Shown here: positions 50,071 to 60,356 of the stretch, in pieces
Layout of the letters: every line of letters begins with the position of its first letter
Numbering within the stretch: the first letter of the stretch is position 1
NCBI GenBank assembly: GCA_039698055.1
Contig: JBDKTL010000037.1
Coordinates: forward strand, 1-64,000
Length of the DNA: 64,000 bases
Origin: Methanoregula sp.
GTDB taxonomy: Archaea; Halobacteriota; Methanomicrobia; Methanomicrobiales; Methanospirillaceae
Direction: 5' to 3'
Position numbers and translations under genes: made by a program
The notes under the pieces: model-generated
The model's database searches: none
The model's input: only the letters and a program-made list of their open reading frames with translations
What the model was told of the DNA's origin: nothing

Positions 50071-51624
50071 CTAACGGTGGTTGCTGGGATGACCCCGGCC
50101 ATGTGAAGAGAATTTCCGGTACTGGCGGGCATGCCCTGATAATTCCCGTTTCCCGCCAAACCGCTCAAAATCGATAAATCCGTTTTCCGGATCGGTTTTT
50201 ATGAGCCTGACCTGGATTTTATCCCCGACAGAAAGGCCGCGTTCTCCCGAGATGACACGGCCTTCCGCAGGGATCGCCATCAGCCGGACATAGGTCCCCT
50301 TTTCAGAGGCACCGGTAACAAAGGCTTCAAAGGATTCGCCGATCCGGTCCATCAGCAGTACCGCAGCCGCAGCTTTTCGCATAAAGCGCTCGACTTTTTT
50401 CGAGCCTTTCTCCCGGTCGGTCAGCCACAATGCCTGCTCGGTAAGATCGTCAAGAGTATACGGCTGGACCACACGATCGAGGATGGATTTTATCAGCCGC
50501 TGGATGATCAGATCGACATAGCGCCGGTTGGGGGCGGTGCCGTGCGTATAATCCGTGACTGCAAGCCCGAAATGGCCGTACGGTGGTTCGCCGGGCTCAA
50601 GCGTCATATATTCGCCGGCCCCGATAAGTTTTATGACCGTCAGCGACAGGTCAGGGAACCGCGCCGGATCAGACTCCCGTTCCCGCATCAGGAAATCCGC
50701 AAGCGCCTTTGAATCCGGTTTTTCCGGCAGGGTGGTGCCAAGTGCCATGGCGACCAGCATGATTTTGTCCCAGTATTTGGGCGAACGGACGACGCGCTGG
50801 ATCATCGGGACACCGGCGTTTCCCAGGTAATTAACCATCGCCCCGTTTGCCGCGATCATGAACTCTTCGATCAGGTGCCGTGCCATGTTCTCGCTCTGGA
50901 CAACCAGGTCTTTGACGACACCGTCTTCGAGGACCGGTTGGGCTTCGATCGTTTCAAGGTCAAGGGCTCCCTGTGCCATCCGGTATTTTCTTAAATGGAT
51001 CGTCGCTTCTGCCTGGAGGCGGATCTGCTCTTCCAGCCCGGGAACGTTCCGGACGGATTCGGGGATGGGTGTGCGGCCGTCCAGCCAGTCGCCGACCTGC
51101 TCGTAGATGAGTTTTGCCTTATTGGCAACCGTCGCCCGGTAAATATCGCCGTGCCGGACACTGCCATCCACAAGCACGGTATATTCGATAACAATTGCCG
51201 GGCAGTCCTGGCCGGGGAGAAGGGAGGTGATGCCTTTAGACAGAATATCCGGGAGCATCGGGAAGGTGACAATGCCGGTATAGACAGATGTGCCGTTGTG
51301 GGCCGCGTACTCGTCAGCCCGGGATTTTTGCCGGACACAGGTATCAACATCGGCAATCGCGATCCAGACCCGGATCTCGCCATCCGCACCGGGCTCGCAG
51401 TATTCCATCTGGTCGAGATCCATGGAGTCTGAATTATCGATCGATGACCACAAAAATGAGCGCAGGTCACGGGCCGGGTTCCCGCTGCTGCGTTCGCTGG
51501 CCGGCAATGCGGCAATGCGTTTTACTTCCTCCAGTACCGGGGCGGGGAATTTCGGGATAAACCCATAGCGCTTCATAGCGTTCTCTGCGATGGCGTACAG
51601 ATCTATAGAGCGGGGGGTTTTCAT
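50071..51624 (-). CDS. RNB-domain (RNase II/R family) exoribonuclease with C-terminal S1
   Basis: SIDNSDSMDLDQ, IAIADV, LIEEFMIAAN, HFGLA...YTHGTAPNRRYVDLIIQR. Confidence 0.9.
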   Translation of the reverse strand: MKTPRSIDLYAIAENAMKRYGFIPKFPAPVLEEVKRIAALPASERSSGNPARDLRSFLWSSIDNSDSMDLDQMEYCEPGADGEIRVWIAIADVDTCVRQKSRADEYAAHNGTSVYTGIVTFPMLPDILSKGITSLLPGQDCPAIVIEYTVLVDGSVRHGDIYRATVANKAKLIYEQVGDWLDGRTPIPESVRNVPGLEEQIRLQAEATIHLRKYRMAQGALDLETIEAQPVLEDGVVKDLVVQSENMARHLIEEFMIAANGAMVNYLGNAGVPMIQRVVRSPKYWDKIMLVAMALGTTLPEKPDSKALADFLMRERESDPARFPDLSLTVIKLIGAGEYMTLEPGEPPYGHFGLAVTDYTHGTAPNRRYVDLIIQRLIKSILDRVVQPYTLDDLTEQALWLTDREKGSKKVERFMRKAAAAVLLMDRIGESFEAFVTGASEKGTYVRLMAIPAEGRVISGERGLSVGDKIQVRLIKTDPENGFIDFERFGGKRELSGHARQYRKFSSHGRGHPSNHR

Positions 51625-51844
51625 GCGTGTCACGGGAAGTGATTCGTTTCTGGTTATACATATCCCTTTGGCATCAGGGCGTCTGCCACGGTCATTTCAA
51701 AAAGATTATGGTGCCGGATGAAAAAATCAAAACAAAATTAAACCCGATAGGTCGTAAAGCCGGATTTTTTTAACCCGTCCGGCACGGCACACCATAACAA
51801 ACTTTATCATCGGGCTCCCCTCATCATTTCCTGAGTGGTGCAGT

Positions 51845-52321
51845 ATGGCAGGAGAACATCCTTTTACCCAGGAGATCCCAAGTGCGGGTGACCCGGCGCC
51901 CGCCACTGCCGCACCCGCAGGTACCGATACCCCCCCGGATCCCGTTATCGAACTTGACGACCGGCAGTGGGAGACGATTGTCGAGAAAGGGACGATGCCG
52001 GTTGCCGTCATGTTCTACTCCCCCACCTGCACGTTCTGTCACCAGATGGAGCCATCGTTCCGCCACTTTGCACGGGAATATCACGATGCAATCCTTTTTG
52101 TCCGGCTCAATATCACCACGAACCTGTGGACTGCCGAGCGATACGGTGTCCGGAGCACACCGACATTCAAATTCTTCTGCGGGGGAAAACCCGTGCAGGA
52201 ACTGGTCGGGGGGGTGTATCCGGCGCTCCTGAAAAAGATGATCGATGACGTGATCCTGCATGGCAAAGAATGCGCACTGAATTCCACCGCGATCGATTAC
52301 GAGATCACCGGGTATGGGTAA
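51845..52321 (+). CDS. Thioredoxin-family protein
   Basis: FYSPTCTFC (CxxC), YGVRSTPTF. Confidence 0.88.
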   Translation: MAGEHPFTQEIPSAGDPAPATAAPAGTDTPPDPVIELDDRQWETIVEKGTMPVAVMFYSPTCTFCHQMEPSFRHFAREYHDAILFVRLNITTNLWTAERYGVRSTPTFKFFCGGKPVQELVGGVYPALLKKMIDDVILHGKECALNSTAIDYEITGYG

Positions 52322-52369
52322 AAATCGGTTTTTTTCTGGGGGAAGCGTACGGATACCTTTGAACAATGG

Positions 52370-52651
52370 ATGAGCAGGTACCTGGAACTAAATGCACATG
52401 AGCGGCAAGCGCTGCTCCACGACATCATAGCCACGTGCAAATGCCCAACATGCCCGTCGTACAACCGGTGCGCCCGCGAAAAGGAAGAGAAATTTTACTG
52501 TTTCAGGGGAAAAAGCATGTTCTGCATTTCAGAAAATCGTGGGTGCCTGTGCCTGACCTGTGCATTCTCAAAAGAGATTGGCATGAAATATTATGAGTTC
52601 TGCTTAAGAGGCAGCGAAACAGTCCAGCGGTACGAACACGAGATCCGGTAA
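52370..52651 (+). CDS. Cys-rich protein (DUF2769-like)
   Basis: CKCPTCPSY..C...FYC..GKS..CI....CLC..C........YEFC. Confidence 0.8.
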   Translation: MSRYLELNAHERQALLHDIIATCKCPTCPSYNRCAREKEEKFYCFRGKSMFCISENRGCLCLTCAFSKEIGMKYYEFCLRGSETVQRYEHEIR

Positions 52652-52743
52652 AAAAAAACGTTTTTTTTCAAAGGTTTCTGATAACATCGCATCGATCTTG
52701 CGGCACGCAAACGTTTTTTTGCGCTCGTCCGGCCTACAGAGAT

Positions 52744-53958
52744 CTAGATCGCCCGTGTGCAGCCGGATGTTTCTGCTGCGGCTGCCACTGCAGCTGCCAC
52801 CGCACGGGTGACACGCTTATCAAGAATGCTGGGAAGAATCCGTTCACTACGGGGTCTGGCGACGCAGGAGGCAATTGCATGCGCTGCGGCAATCTTCATA
52901 TCATCGTTGATCTTTGTCGCGCGGGCATCAAGCGCCCCCCGGAATATGCCGGGAAATGCAAGCACGTTGTTGATCTGGTTGGGGAAATCGCTCCTGCCGG
53001 TCCCGACAACTGCGGCACCGGCCTTTTTTGCATCATCCGGCCAGATCTCCGGCACAGGATTTGCCATGGCAAAGACGATGGGATCGCGGTTCATTGACCG
53101 GATCATATCACCGGTTACAATCTGCGGCGCCGAAACCCCGATAAGGACATCGGCACCGGCAAGGGCATCGGAAAGCGACCCGGTTTTTCTGGCCCGGTTG
53201 GTCTCTTGGCTCAAAATGAACTTGTACTTGTTGTGGTAGAGCCCGTCCCGGCCATGGTGGATAATTCCCTCTGTATCGCAGACGGTAATCTCGTGAACCG
53301 GAATACATACATTCGGATCGTACCCGATGCACTTTAAGAGACGCGTAACCGAATATCCTGCAGCGCCGGCACCGCAGATGACGATGTTGAGGTCTTCGAA
53401 CTTCCGCCCGGTGACCTTACAGGCATTGAGCAGTGCCGCGAGAACGACGACTGCTGTCCCGTGCTGGTCATCGTGCATGACAGGGATGCCGATGTCCTGC
53501 AGGGCATCTTCCACTTCAAAACACTTCGGAGCGGCAATATCTTCGAGGTTGATGCCGCCAAAGACCGGCGCGATATTTTTTACCTGGTCGATAAAATCCG
53601 TCTCGTAATTCTCAAAACAGATCGGAAATGCATCGACGCCGGCAAATTCCTTGAACAGGATCGCTTTACCTTCCATGACGGGAATAGCGGCATAGCCCCC
53701 GATATTTCCCAGCCCCAGCACGGCCGAACCATCGGTGACGATAGCAATCGTGTTTGCTTTTAAGGTATATTTGTAGACCGTGCCGGGATCTTTAACAATC
53801 TGGCGGCACACTTCGGCAACGCCCGGTGTATAGGCAAGGGCCAGATCGTGCCGGTTCCGGAACGGGACTTTTGCGCGAATCTCCAGTTTCCCGTGATGCT
53901 GCGCGTGAAGTGCCAGAGATTCCTGATAAATCTCATCGCTGCCCGGTGAAAAGACCAT
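52744..53958 (-). CDS. NAD(P)-dependent malic enzyme
   Basis: [51 protein letters not shown]. Confidence 0.95.
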   Translation of the reverse strand: MVFSPGSDEIYQESLALHAQHHGKLEIRAKVPFRNRHDLALAYTPGVAEVCRQIVKDPGTVYKYTLKANTIAIVTDGSAVLGLGNIGGYAAIPVMEGKAILFKEFAGVDAFPICFENYETDFIDQVKNIAPVFGGINLEDIAAPKCFEVEDALQDIGIPVMHDDQHGTAVVVLAALLNACKVTGRKFEDLNIVICGAGAAGYSVTRLLKCIGYDPNVCIPVHEITVCDTEGIIHHGRDGLYHNKYKFILSQETNRARKTGSLSDALAGADVLIGVSAPQIVTGDMIRSMNRDPIVFAMANPVPEIWPDDAKKAGAAVVGTGRSDFPNQINNVLAFPGIFRGALDARATKINDDMKIAAAHAIASCVARPRSERILPSILDKRVTRAVAAAVAAAAETSGCTRAI

Positions 53959-54125
53959 GCCCGTGTATCCCTACTACGAAAAAGCGTGGGGCAAGGTAAT
54001 GAATGTTTGTAAAAGCCGGGTTTTAAAAAAAACGTGCGGTGCATTCATGGGTTAAGGCAGGATGTATTCACCGCATTGGACTGGCTGGTTCTCCTGTGAA
54101 AAAAATCCGGAGAAAATAATTATTT

Positions 54126-54740
54126 TTACCGGCACAGTTTCGCCGTGATTCCTGCCACGTGCCGGCCCTGGAACCGGGCACCGGCCAGTTCGTTTTCTGT
54201 CGGCCACCGGTTCAGGTCGTTGCCGGCAATCGTTGAGGCACCGTACGGGGAACAGCCGGTGATTTCATCGAGCCGGCTCTGCCCGTCAAAGCTATAGGGC
54301 AGGCCGGCAATAATCATGCCATGGTGCAGCAGGGTGGTATGGACACTCAGGATGGTTGATTCCTGTCCGCCATGCTGTGTTGCCGAACTCGTGAAAACGC
54401 TGCCGACTTTCCCGACAAGCGCCCCGGCTTTCCATATGCCACCGGTTGCATCAAAGAACTGCCGCATCTGGCCGCACATGTTGCCAAACCGGGTCGGTGT
54501 GCCAAAGAGGATTGCGTCTGCCACGGTAAGATCCCGTGGCGTGCAGACCGGGATGTGGGTAAATGATTTCTGTAATTCCGCCGCCCCGGTTTTCTCAAGC
54601 ACTTCCTGCGGGAGGGTTTCCGGTACCCGGTACATGGCAACTTCGGTGCCGGGAACCGAGCGTGCGCCGTCCGCGATCGCTTCTGCCATCCGGTGGACGT
54701 GCCCGAACATCGAGTAATACACTACAAACACTTTTGTCAT
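54126..54740 (-). CDS. wrbA: NAD(P)H:quinone oxidoreductase WrbA
   Basis: [29 protein letters not shown]. Confidence 0.95.
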   Translation of the reverse strand: MTKVFVVYYSMFGHVHRMAEAIADGARSVPGTEVAMYRVPETLPQEVLEKTGAAELQKSFTHIPVCTPRDLTVADAILFGTPTRFGNMCGQMRQFFDATGGIWKAGALVGKVGSVFTSSATQHGGQESTILSVHTTLLHHGMIIAGLPYSFDGQSRLDEITGCSPYGASTIAGNDLNRWPTENELAGARFQGRHVAGITAKLCR

Positions 54741-54977
54741 CGGTACTTCCTTATAAGATTCCATAGCCTGTCTGATAATAATAATTACCGGTCGTCTGGC
54801 TTACCTGATGAGTATCGTTTATGTCAGGCCAAGGACCCGGTCTGCCCATAAGTTACATTATTATACATCGATGAACAGATTTATACATTAAGGTATGATA
54901 CCGTAGAGCAGGTGAATCATCACATGCAGGTTCACGCTGCGCAGCGGTCACATTACTCTTCCCGGATGTGAGTTACC

Positions 54978-55718
54978 ATGAAGTCAAAAGATATTGCCAT
55001 TGTCGGAATTCTCCTTGCCATCGGCGCAATCCTGCGGTATTTCCTCGCGATGCTCCACACGCCGCTGACCCCGAATATGATCATTGCATTTTACTGTCTT
55101 GCAATCATCCTGATCCAGCCAAAAGTCTACGAAGCGCTGGGGATCGGTATCGTTGCCGGGGCGTTGTCCATGATGATCTCCAGTTCCATGTTCCCGCCCG
55201 CGAACCTGATCAGCGAACCGATCGGGGCGCTCGTCTGCTTTGGCCTTTACGCTATTGCCTTAAAAATCAAAGGAACCAAATCCGGAATTGAGAAATTCAA
55301 ACCCCATCTTGCAGGAATTTCCGTTTTTGTTATTACAATTATTGTCCTGTATCTTCTCACGATTCAGATACAAAATATCTATAAATTGGATATTTCACAG
55401 GTCTTTGGAATACTTCTGGCTCTTGAAATCCTTGCAGGTTGCCTGATAGGATACTTTACCTACGCTACTGTAAAGAAAGGTTCAATTGTTGCTCCTGCAT
55501 TTGTTACTTTCCTTACAACACTTGCCAGCGGTTTCTCGTTTGCCGCCATCGCCATCATCGCGGTAGGCGCGACAGTCCTTTCAAAATATAATGGCAATCT
55601 CTGGAATTTCGTTATCGTCTTTGTGCCCATTGTCGTCATCACTGCCGTGTTTAACGCGGTGGTTGTCCAGATCCTCTACATTCCCTCAAGCCGTGTGCTG
55701 GTTCGAGGGCAGGAATGA
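54978..55718 (+). CDS. ECF transporter S component (TrpP-like family)
   Basis: Highly hydrophobic, TPNMIIAFYCLAI, PANLISEPIGA; directly upstream of ECF ATPase and T genes. Confidence 0.75.
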   Translation: MKSKDIAIVGILLAIGAILRYFLAMLHTPLTPNMIIAFYCLAIILIQPKVYEALGIGIVAGALSMMISSSMFPPANLISEPIGALVCFGLYAIALKIKGTKSGIEKFKPHLAGISVFVITIIVLYLLTIQIQNIYKLDISQVFGILLALEILAGCLIGYFTYATVKKGSIVAPAFVTFLTTLASGFSFAAIAIIAVGATVLSKYNGNLWNFVIVFVPIVVITAVFNAVVVQILYIPSSRVLVRGQE

Positions 55719-57160
55719 TAGAGCTCGATAACGTCAGTTACACCTATCCCCACACCGTGCAGGCAGCACTGCACAACCTCTCCCTTTCGTTGCCAAAGGG
55801 ACGATGCATCATGGTCACCGGACCTTCCGGTGCCGGAAAAACCACGCTCTGCCTTGCAGCCTGCGGGATACTCCACCATGAATACGGGGGAAAGAAAGAG
55901 GGACGGGTGACCCTTGGCGACCGGGACGTCGCGGACTATCGCAGCCTGTCGGATATTGCAAAGCAGGTGGGCATTGTCTTTGACGATCCTGAATCCCAGT
56001 TGATTTTTACGACCGTTGAAGAAGAAATTCTCACTGCACTCGAACACCGGGGGCTGTCTGCGGAGGTCATCGAAGAGCGCCTTGCATCGATCATGGACAT
56101 CACGTATCTTGTCGAGCTCAGGAACCGTTCCCCGCACAACCTTTCCGGCGGCCAGAAGCAGCGCGTTGCGCTGGCAGCAACACTGGCGCTTGGCAATGAT
56201 GTGCTGATACTCGATGAACCCACGTCCGAACTGGACGAACATGCAACAAAACGGATTGTGCAGATCCTCAAGAATTTAAAAGCACAGGGAGAGACCATCC
56301 TGCTCGTCGAGCACAAGTTCAGCCATTTCCGGGAGATGGTTGATACCCTTGTTGTGATGGAAAACGGGGCGATCTCTGCAATTGGTGCACCGGAGGAGAT
56401 TTTAAAAAATGAGCGGATACGGCGGATCGTGATCCCGGACTTTTCCGGTATCCGGGATGCAAAGTCACGCGACACGGGAAAAACTCCTGCCGGAAGTTCA
56501 CCGGTCATTTCCGTGCAGCACCTGTCCTATTCCTATGACGACGTCCCGGCGCTCCACGATATCAGCCTTGAGATTTTCCCGGGGGAATTTGTTGCGGTTG
56601 TCGGCGAGAACGGTTCGGGAAAAACGACCCTTGTCAAGCAGTTCAACCGGCTCCTCACCCCCACACAGGGTGACGTAATCATCCGGGGAAAAAATACCAG
56701 GACTTGTTCCATTGCGGAACTGGCACGGGACGTCGGGCTTGTCTTCCAGAACCCGGACCACATGTTTTTTGCCGATACGGTGCGGGACGAGATCGCGTTC
56801 GGGCTCAAAAATCTCGGGATCGCAAACGGCGACGCTGATATTGATGCGGCGCTCGATGAAGTCGGACTGCTGCATACAAAGGATCTCTACCCGCGCTGGC
56901 TCTCTCGCGGGGAGCGGCAGCGGCTGGCAATTGCCTGTATCGTCGCGATGAAACCCGGGATCATGGTGCTGGACGAACCGACAACGGGGCTTGACGGCGA
57001 CGAGGCCCGGCTGGTCATGGAAATTCTCACCAGGCTCCAGCAGAAAGGGCACACGATTATCGTCATCACCCACAACCGGGAGATCGCATCCCGGTGCGCC
57101 GACCGGTTGATCACGATGGAGCAGGGCCGGATAATTTCCGATGCCCCGGCAGGACGGTGA
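55715..57160 (+). CDS. ECF transporter fused double ATPase (A-A')
   Basis: Two Walker A (GPSGAGKT, GENGSGKT), LSGGQ/LSRGE signatures, LDEPT twice. Confidence 0.93.
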   Translation: MIELDNVSYTYPHTVQAALHNLSLSLPKGRCIMVTGPSGAGKTTLCLAACGILHHEYGGKKEGRVTLGDRDVADYRSLSDIAKQVGIVFDDPESQLIFTTVEEEILTALEHRGLSAEVIEERLASIMDITYLVELRNRSPHNLSGGQKQRVALAATLALGNDVLILDEPTSELDEHATKRIVQILKNLKAQGETILLVEHKFSHFREMVDTLVVMENGAISAIGAPEEILKNERIRRIVIPDFSGIRDAKSRDTGKTPAGSSPVISVQHLSYSYDDVPALHDISLEIFPGEFVAVVGENGSGKTTLVKQFNRLLTPTQGDVIIRGKNTRTCSIAELARDVGLVFQNPDHMFFADTVRDEIAFGLKNLGIANGDADIDAALDEVGLLHTKDLYPRWLSRGERQRLAIACIVAMKPGIMVLDEPTTGLDGDEARLVMEILTRLQQKGHTIIVITHNREIASRCADRLITMEQGRIISDAPAGR

Positions 57161-57165
57161 AGTGC

Positions 57166-57960
57166 ATGGCGGAAATCCTCCAGTACGTGCACAAGGACGG
57201 GTTCTTCCACCGGATCCACCCGTTTACAAAAATTGCCTTCATCATCCTTGTCTGTGCCATGTGCATCGTGTCGACCAGCATCCCGTTCCTTGCCGCACTC
57301 GTCATCGCGCTGCTGGTCCTGGCATATGCCGGTAATCTTTACAGGGAGGTCATCCAGCAGCTGAAACTGGTCATCGTGATGAGCATCCTTTTTATCATCA
57401 TCACCGTCATCACGATGCCAAACGGCGCGGTGCTCGGCCACGTCATTCCCGCTGCGGTTCCGGTTGTCGGCGGATTTATCCCCATCACGCAGGGTGCTCT
57501 TGAGATCGGCCTCATTCTGACCCTGCGGTTCATGGTGCTGATCTTTGCATTCCAGTTGTTTTTGATCTCCACCCAGCCACGGGATCTCGTGAATACAATG
57601 GAAAAAATGAAGATGCCCATCGATTACATCCTCATGTTTATTATCGCACTCCGGTTTATCCCGACGCTCCAGATTGAGGGGAAACGGATCCACGAAGCCC
57701 AGCTGGCACGGGGATATAACCCGGGGACGGGCCTTCTTGGGACGATCCGCAGCGTCGCCCCGATCGTGGTGCCGCTCGTGTCAAACGCGCTCCTTCGATC
57801 AAATGTGCTGGGGCTTACCATCGACATGCGGGGCTACCGCACCGGCAACCGGACGCAGGTTCGCGAGCGGAAATTCCGGTCCGCGGATTTTATGGTGATG
57901 GGCATCCTTGTTCTCACCGCTGTCGGGTTTACCGCAGCAACACTGATGCAGGTGATGTAA
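57166..57960 (+). CDS. ECF transporter T component (CbiQ/EcfT)
   Basis: HPFTK, ALRFIP, AQLARG and MRGY Arg motifs. Confidence 0.92.
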   Translation: MAEILQYVHKDGFFHRIHPFTKIAFIILVCAMCIVSTSIPFLAALVIALLVLAYAGNLYREVIQQLKLVIVMSILFIIITVITMPNGAVLGHVIPAAVPVVGGFIPITQGALEIGLILTLRFMVLIFAFQLFLISTQPRDLVNTMEKMKMPIDYILMFIIALRFIPTLQIEGKRIHEAQLARGYNPGTGLLGTIRSVAPIVVPLVSNALLRSNVLGLTIDMRGYRTGNRTQVRERKFRSADFMVMGILVLTAVGFTAATLMQVM

Positions 57961-58130
57961 CTTTTTTTTTATTCCGGTCCTTCTACGCTTGCAGGCTGTT
58001 TTGCCGGTTTGTTATCTCATTCATTATTTTTTTTGCTAATCGTCAGTATGCTTGGTGCTCGCCACAAGGAAATCTAAAATTTTTTAAAAAGAAATTAATT
58101 TTATATACCAATCCATGCCATTTTTTTACT

Positions 58131-58358
58131 ATGCCCCGCGGAAGACCAAGGACATTATCAAGTTATGAAAAGATAAAAGCCAAAAAAATACGCGAATTCC
58201 TTTCTGATAATAATATTTCACGTTTCGATACGATGAACGATGCGGCACTCTTAAAGACAATCCGTATTTCTGACGACCGGGTGTTTGTCAGTCTCGATCA
58301 TTACGATGAACGGGTGAAAAAGATTGCAGCATTCATTGATGAAATAAAAGATTCTTAA
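58131..58358 (+). CDS. Small protein with N-terminal AT-hook-like motif
   Basis: MPRGRPR; TTTATATA box ~25 nt upstream (leaderless). Confidence 0.65.
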   Translation: MPRGRPRTLSSYEKIKAKKIREFLSDNNISRFDTMNDAALLKTIRISDDRVFVSLDHYDERVKKIAAFIDEIKDS

Positions 58359-58517
58359 AGCGGGTGCAATGCCCGTTCCCTTTTTGGTTTTTCTGTCATT
58401 TAACGGAATGTTGCGGTATCCTTTGATAAAAAAACGTGATTACGGTGCGATCGCAACCGGGACTGCGGATGAATAATCCATAATGATTAATCATCAGAAA
58501 AAAAAGAGTATACCTGT

Positions 58518-59753
58518 ATGAGACCGGCAACTTTTTTTTGCATCCTTACGGTCATGATGGCCGTTGCCAGCGGATGTATCGCCGGAACCGGGAATCCCTC
58601 ACTATCCCGGGGTCTGCCAGATACCGCACCCACGGGATCTTTTGTAATGTCCGGCGGGACATCAATAGCAATTTCAGTGAAAGCCGATGAGATCACCACG
58701 CCGTATCCCGAAGCGAAGGAATGGTTCCTCAAAGGACTTACCGCAAGCACGCAGTATGCCCGGTATAACGAATCGCTGGAATATTTCGATAACGCTCTCA
58801 CCATCGACCCCGGTTTTGCGGAAGCATGGTATGCAAAGGGTGTCGCCCTCCACAACCTGAAACGCTATGATGAGGCAATCCTCTGTTACGACCGGGCACT
58901 GGCAATCGATCCGTCCAATACGTTTGTTATGGATCTCAAGGCCATGGCCCAAAAGGATAAGAGCCGGCTGGCTGAAGCACCGGCATGCAGCCGGGGAACT
59001 GCGGGTCTTGACCCCGGATGCGGGAATACCCCGGGAGTCGCCCCCGCTCCGGGACAAACGCAACAATGCCATGGGCAATCATTTCCTGTTCCGGCTGGCG
59101 GCGACGTATATATTGGCGAGAGCTGTCTCAATGTGAGTGGCGCGGTTTCTTCCGGCCAGGTTATTTCTTGGTATAACAACACATGGGGACCGGGAAATGA
59201 CACTCCGTATGCAACACGGATTGTTCTTGACGCACAAAATTTCTTTGTAAATCCCGCTGACTTTGTGGGTTTTGAGGGCACCTGGTACACCGGGAACAAA
59301 GACAGGATAGCATTCGTGGTAAAAGTTCCCACGCTTCACAACCTATGCATGTCTCAGACTCGTGGTGCAGGGGCGGTTGACAGGGCGGACGGATGCAGGG
59401 TCAACCCAGGAGTCGTGGCCACTTCAGCGAGTCCGGATTACACCCATGCACCGCCAATTACAGAAAGTCAAAAGGCAAGTGCACTCCGGATAGTTTCAGG
59501 GTCACGGTCAGAGGGTCCCGCATCATCGGTCGCAGGTATCCCGGCATCACAAAAAAAATTCGGCGACTTTCTCGACGGTTCACACGGATCGATAAACATC
59601 GACTGGTCGTATCCATATTCCGGGGATTTCTGGCTTTCAATGCCCGTAGGATCTCCGTCATCATCCGAGTACGGGCTTGCTTATGCCATCGTAGACCCTG
59701 ATAACGGGACGGTACTTTCAGAAGGATTTACCGACTGGCATACCTATTGGTGA
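58518..59753 (+). CDS. Lipoprotein with TPR repeats and DUF3821-like segment
   Basis: Lipobox ASGC; 2-3 TPRs; VPAGGDVYIGE..LNVS..A...FFVNPADF.G..G.WY. Confidence 0.7.
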   Translation: MRPATFFCILTVMMAVASGCIAGTGNPSLSRGLPDTAPTGSFVMSGGTSIAISVKADEITTPYPEAKEWFLKGLTASTQYARYNESLEYFDNALTIDPGFAEAWYAKGVALHNLKRYDEAILCYDRALAIDPSNTFVMDLKAMAQKDKSRLAEAPACSRGTAGLDPGCGNTPGVAPAPGQTQQCHGQSFPVPAGGDVYIGESCLNVSGAVSSGQVISWYNNTWGPGNDTPYATRIVLDAQNFFVNPADFVGFEGTWYTGNKDRIAFVVKVPTLHNLCMSQTRGAGAVDRADGCRVNPGVVATSASPDYTHAPPITESQKASALRIVSGSRSEGPASSVAGIPASQKKFGDFLDGSHGSINIDWSYPYSGDFWLSMPVGSPSSSEYGLAYAIVDPDNGTVLSEGFTDWHTYW

Positions 59754-60356
59754 GTATTGTTTCCCCGTCCCGGTCGGGAGGCGGGATATCCTTAAAACAA
59801 AACTTGGGTTCCTTTCGTCGGACAACGACGTGAATTCTGTCATAGCATCCACGTTTCAAGGATCGATAAACACCCCCCGGGACATGTGAGATCCCCCTTC
59901 TTCTTCCGGATCAATTCTCCGACGGTGACTTCTGGTACCGGGAAAGAACCGGATGGACTTTTTCCTGAATTATTTAAAAAAATGAGCGAATTGCAGCACA
60001 CCTTTTTGAAATTCCCCACAAAATCTCTCCGTTCGGCTGAAATCGGTATGAAACGGGCGTTAAAATGTACCCTAATAGCAGCATTCTGTGGGCAGATCTT
60101 TTAAAAAACGTGCTGAAGTATGTCAAAACGGTAAAAACCCCTGTTTTGCGGATCGCCCTCACGCCGGAGAGCGACATTTCACGTCAGAGAAAATGAGTGT
60201 TTTTTTAAGGGGATTATTGACTACCGCATCGTGCGATCTGATGCTCGTGTGGTGTAACCGAGCACTGCTGACCGGCCGGGTCATTTTTATGAGAAGTTTC
60301 TCCACGGCCGTTACAGGTACGATAGCAAAATTATTTTTTAACCAACCCTGATATTG

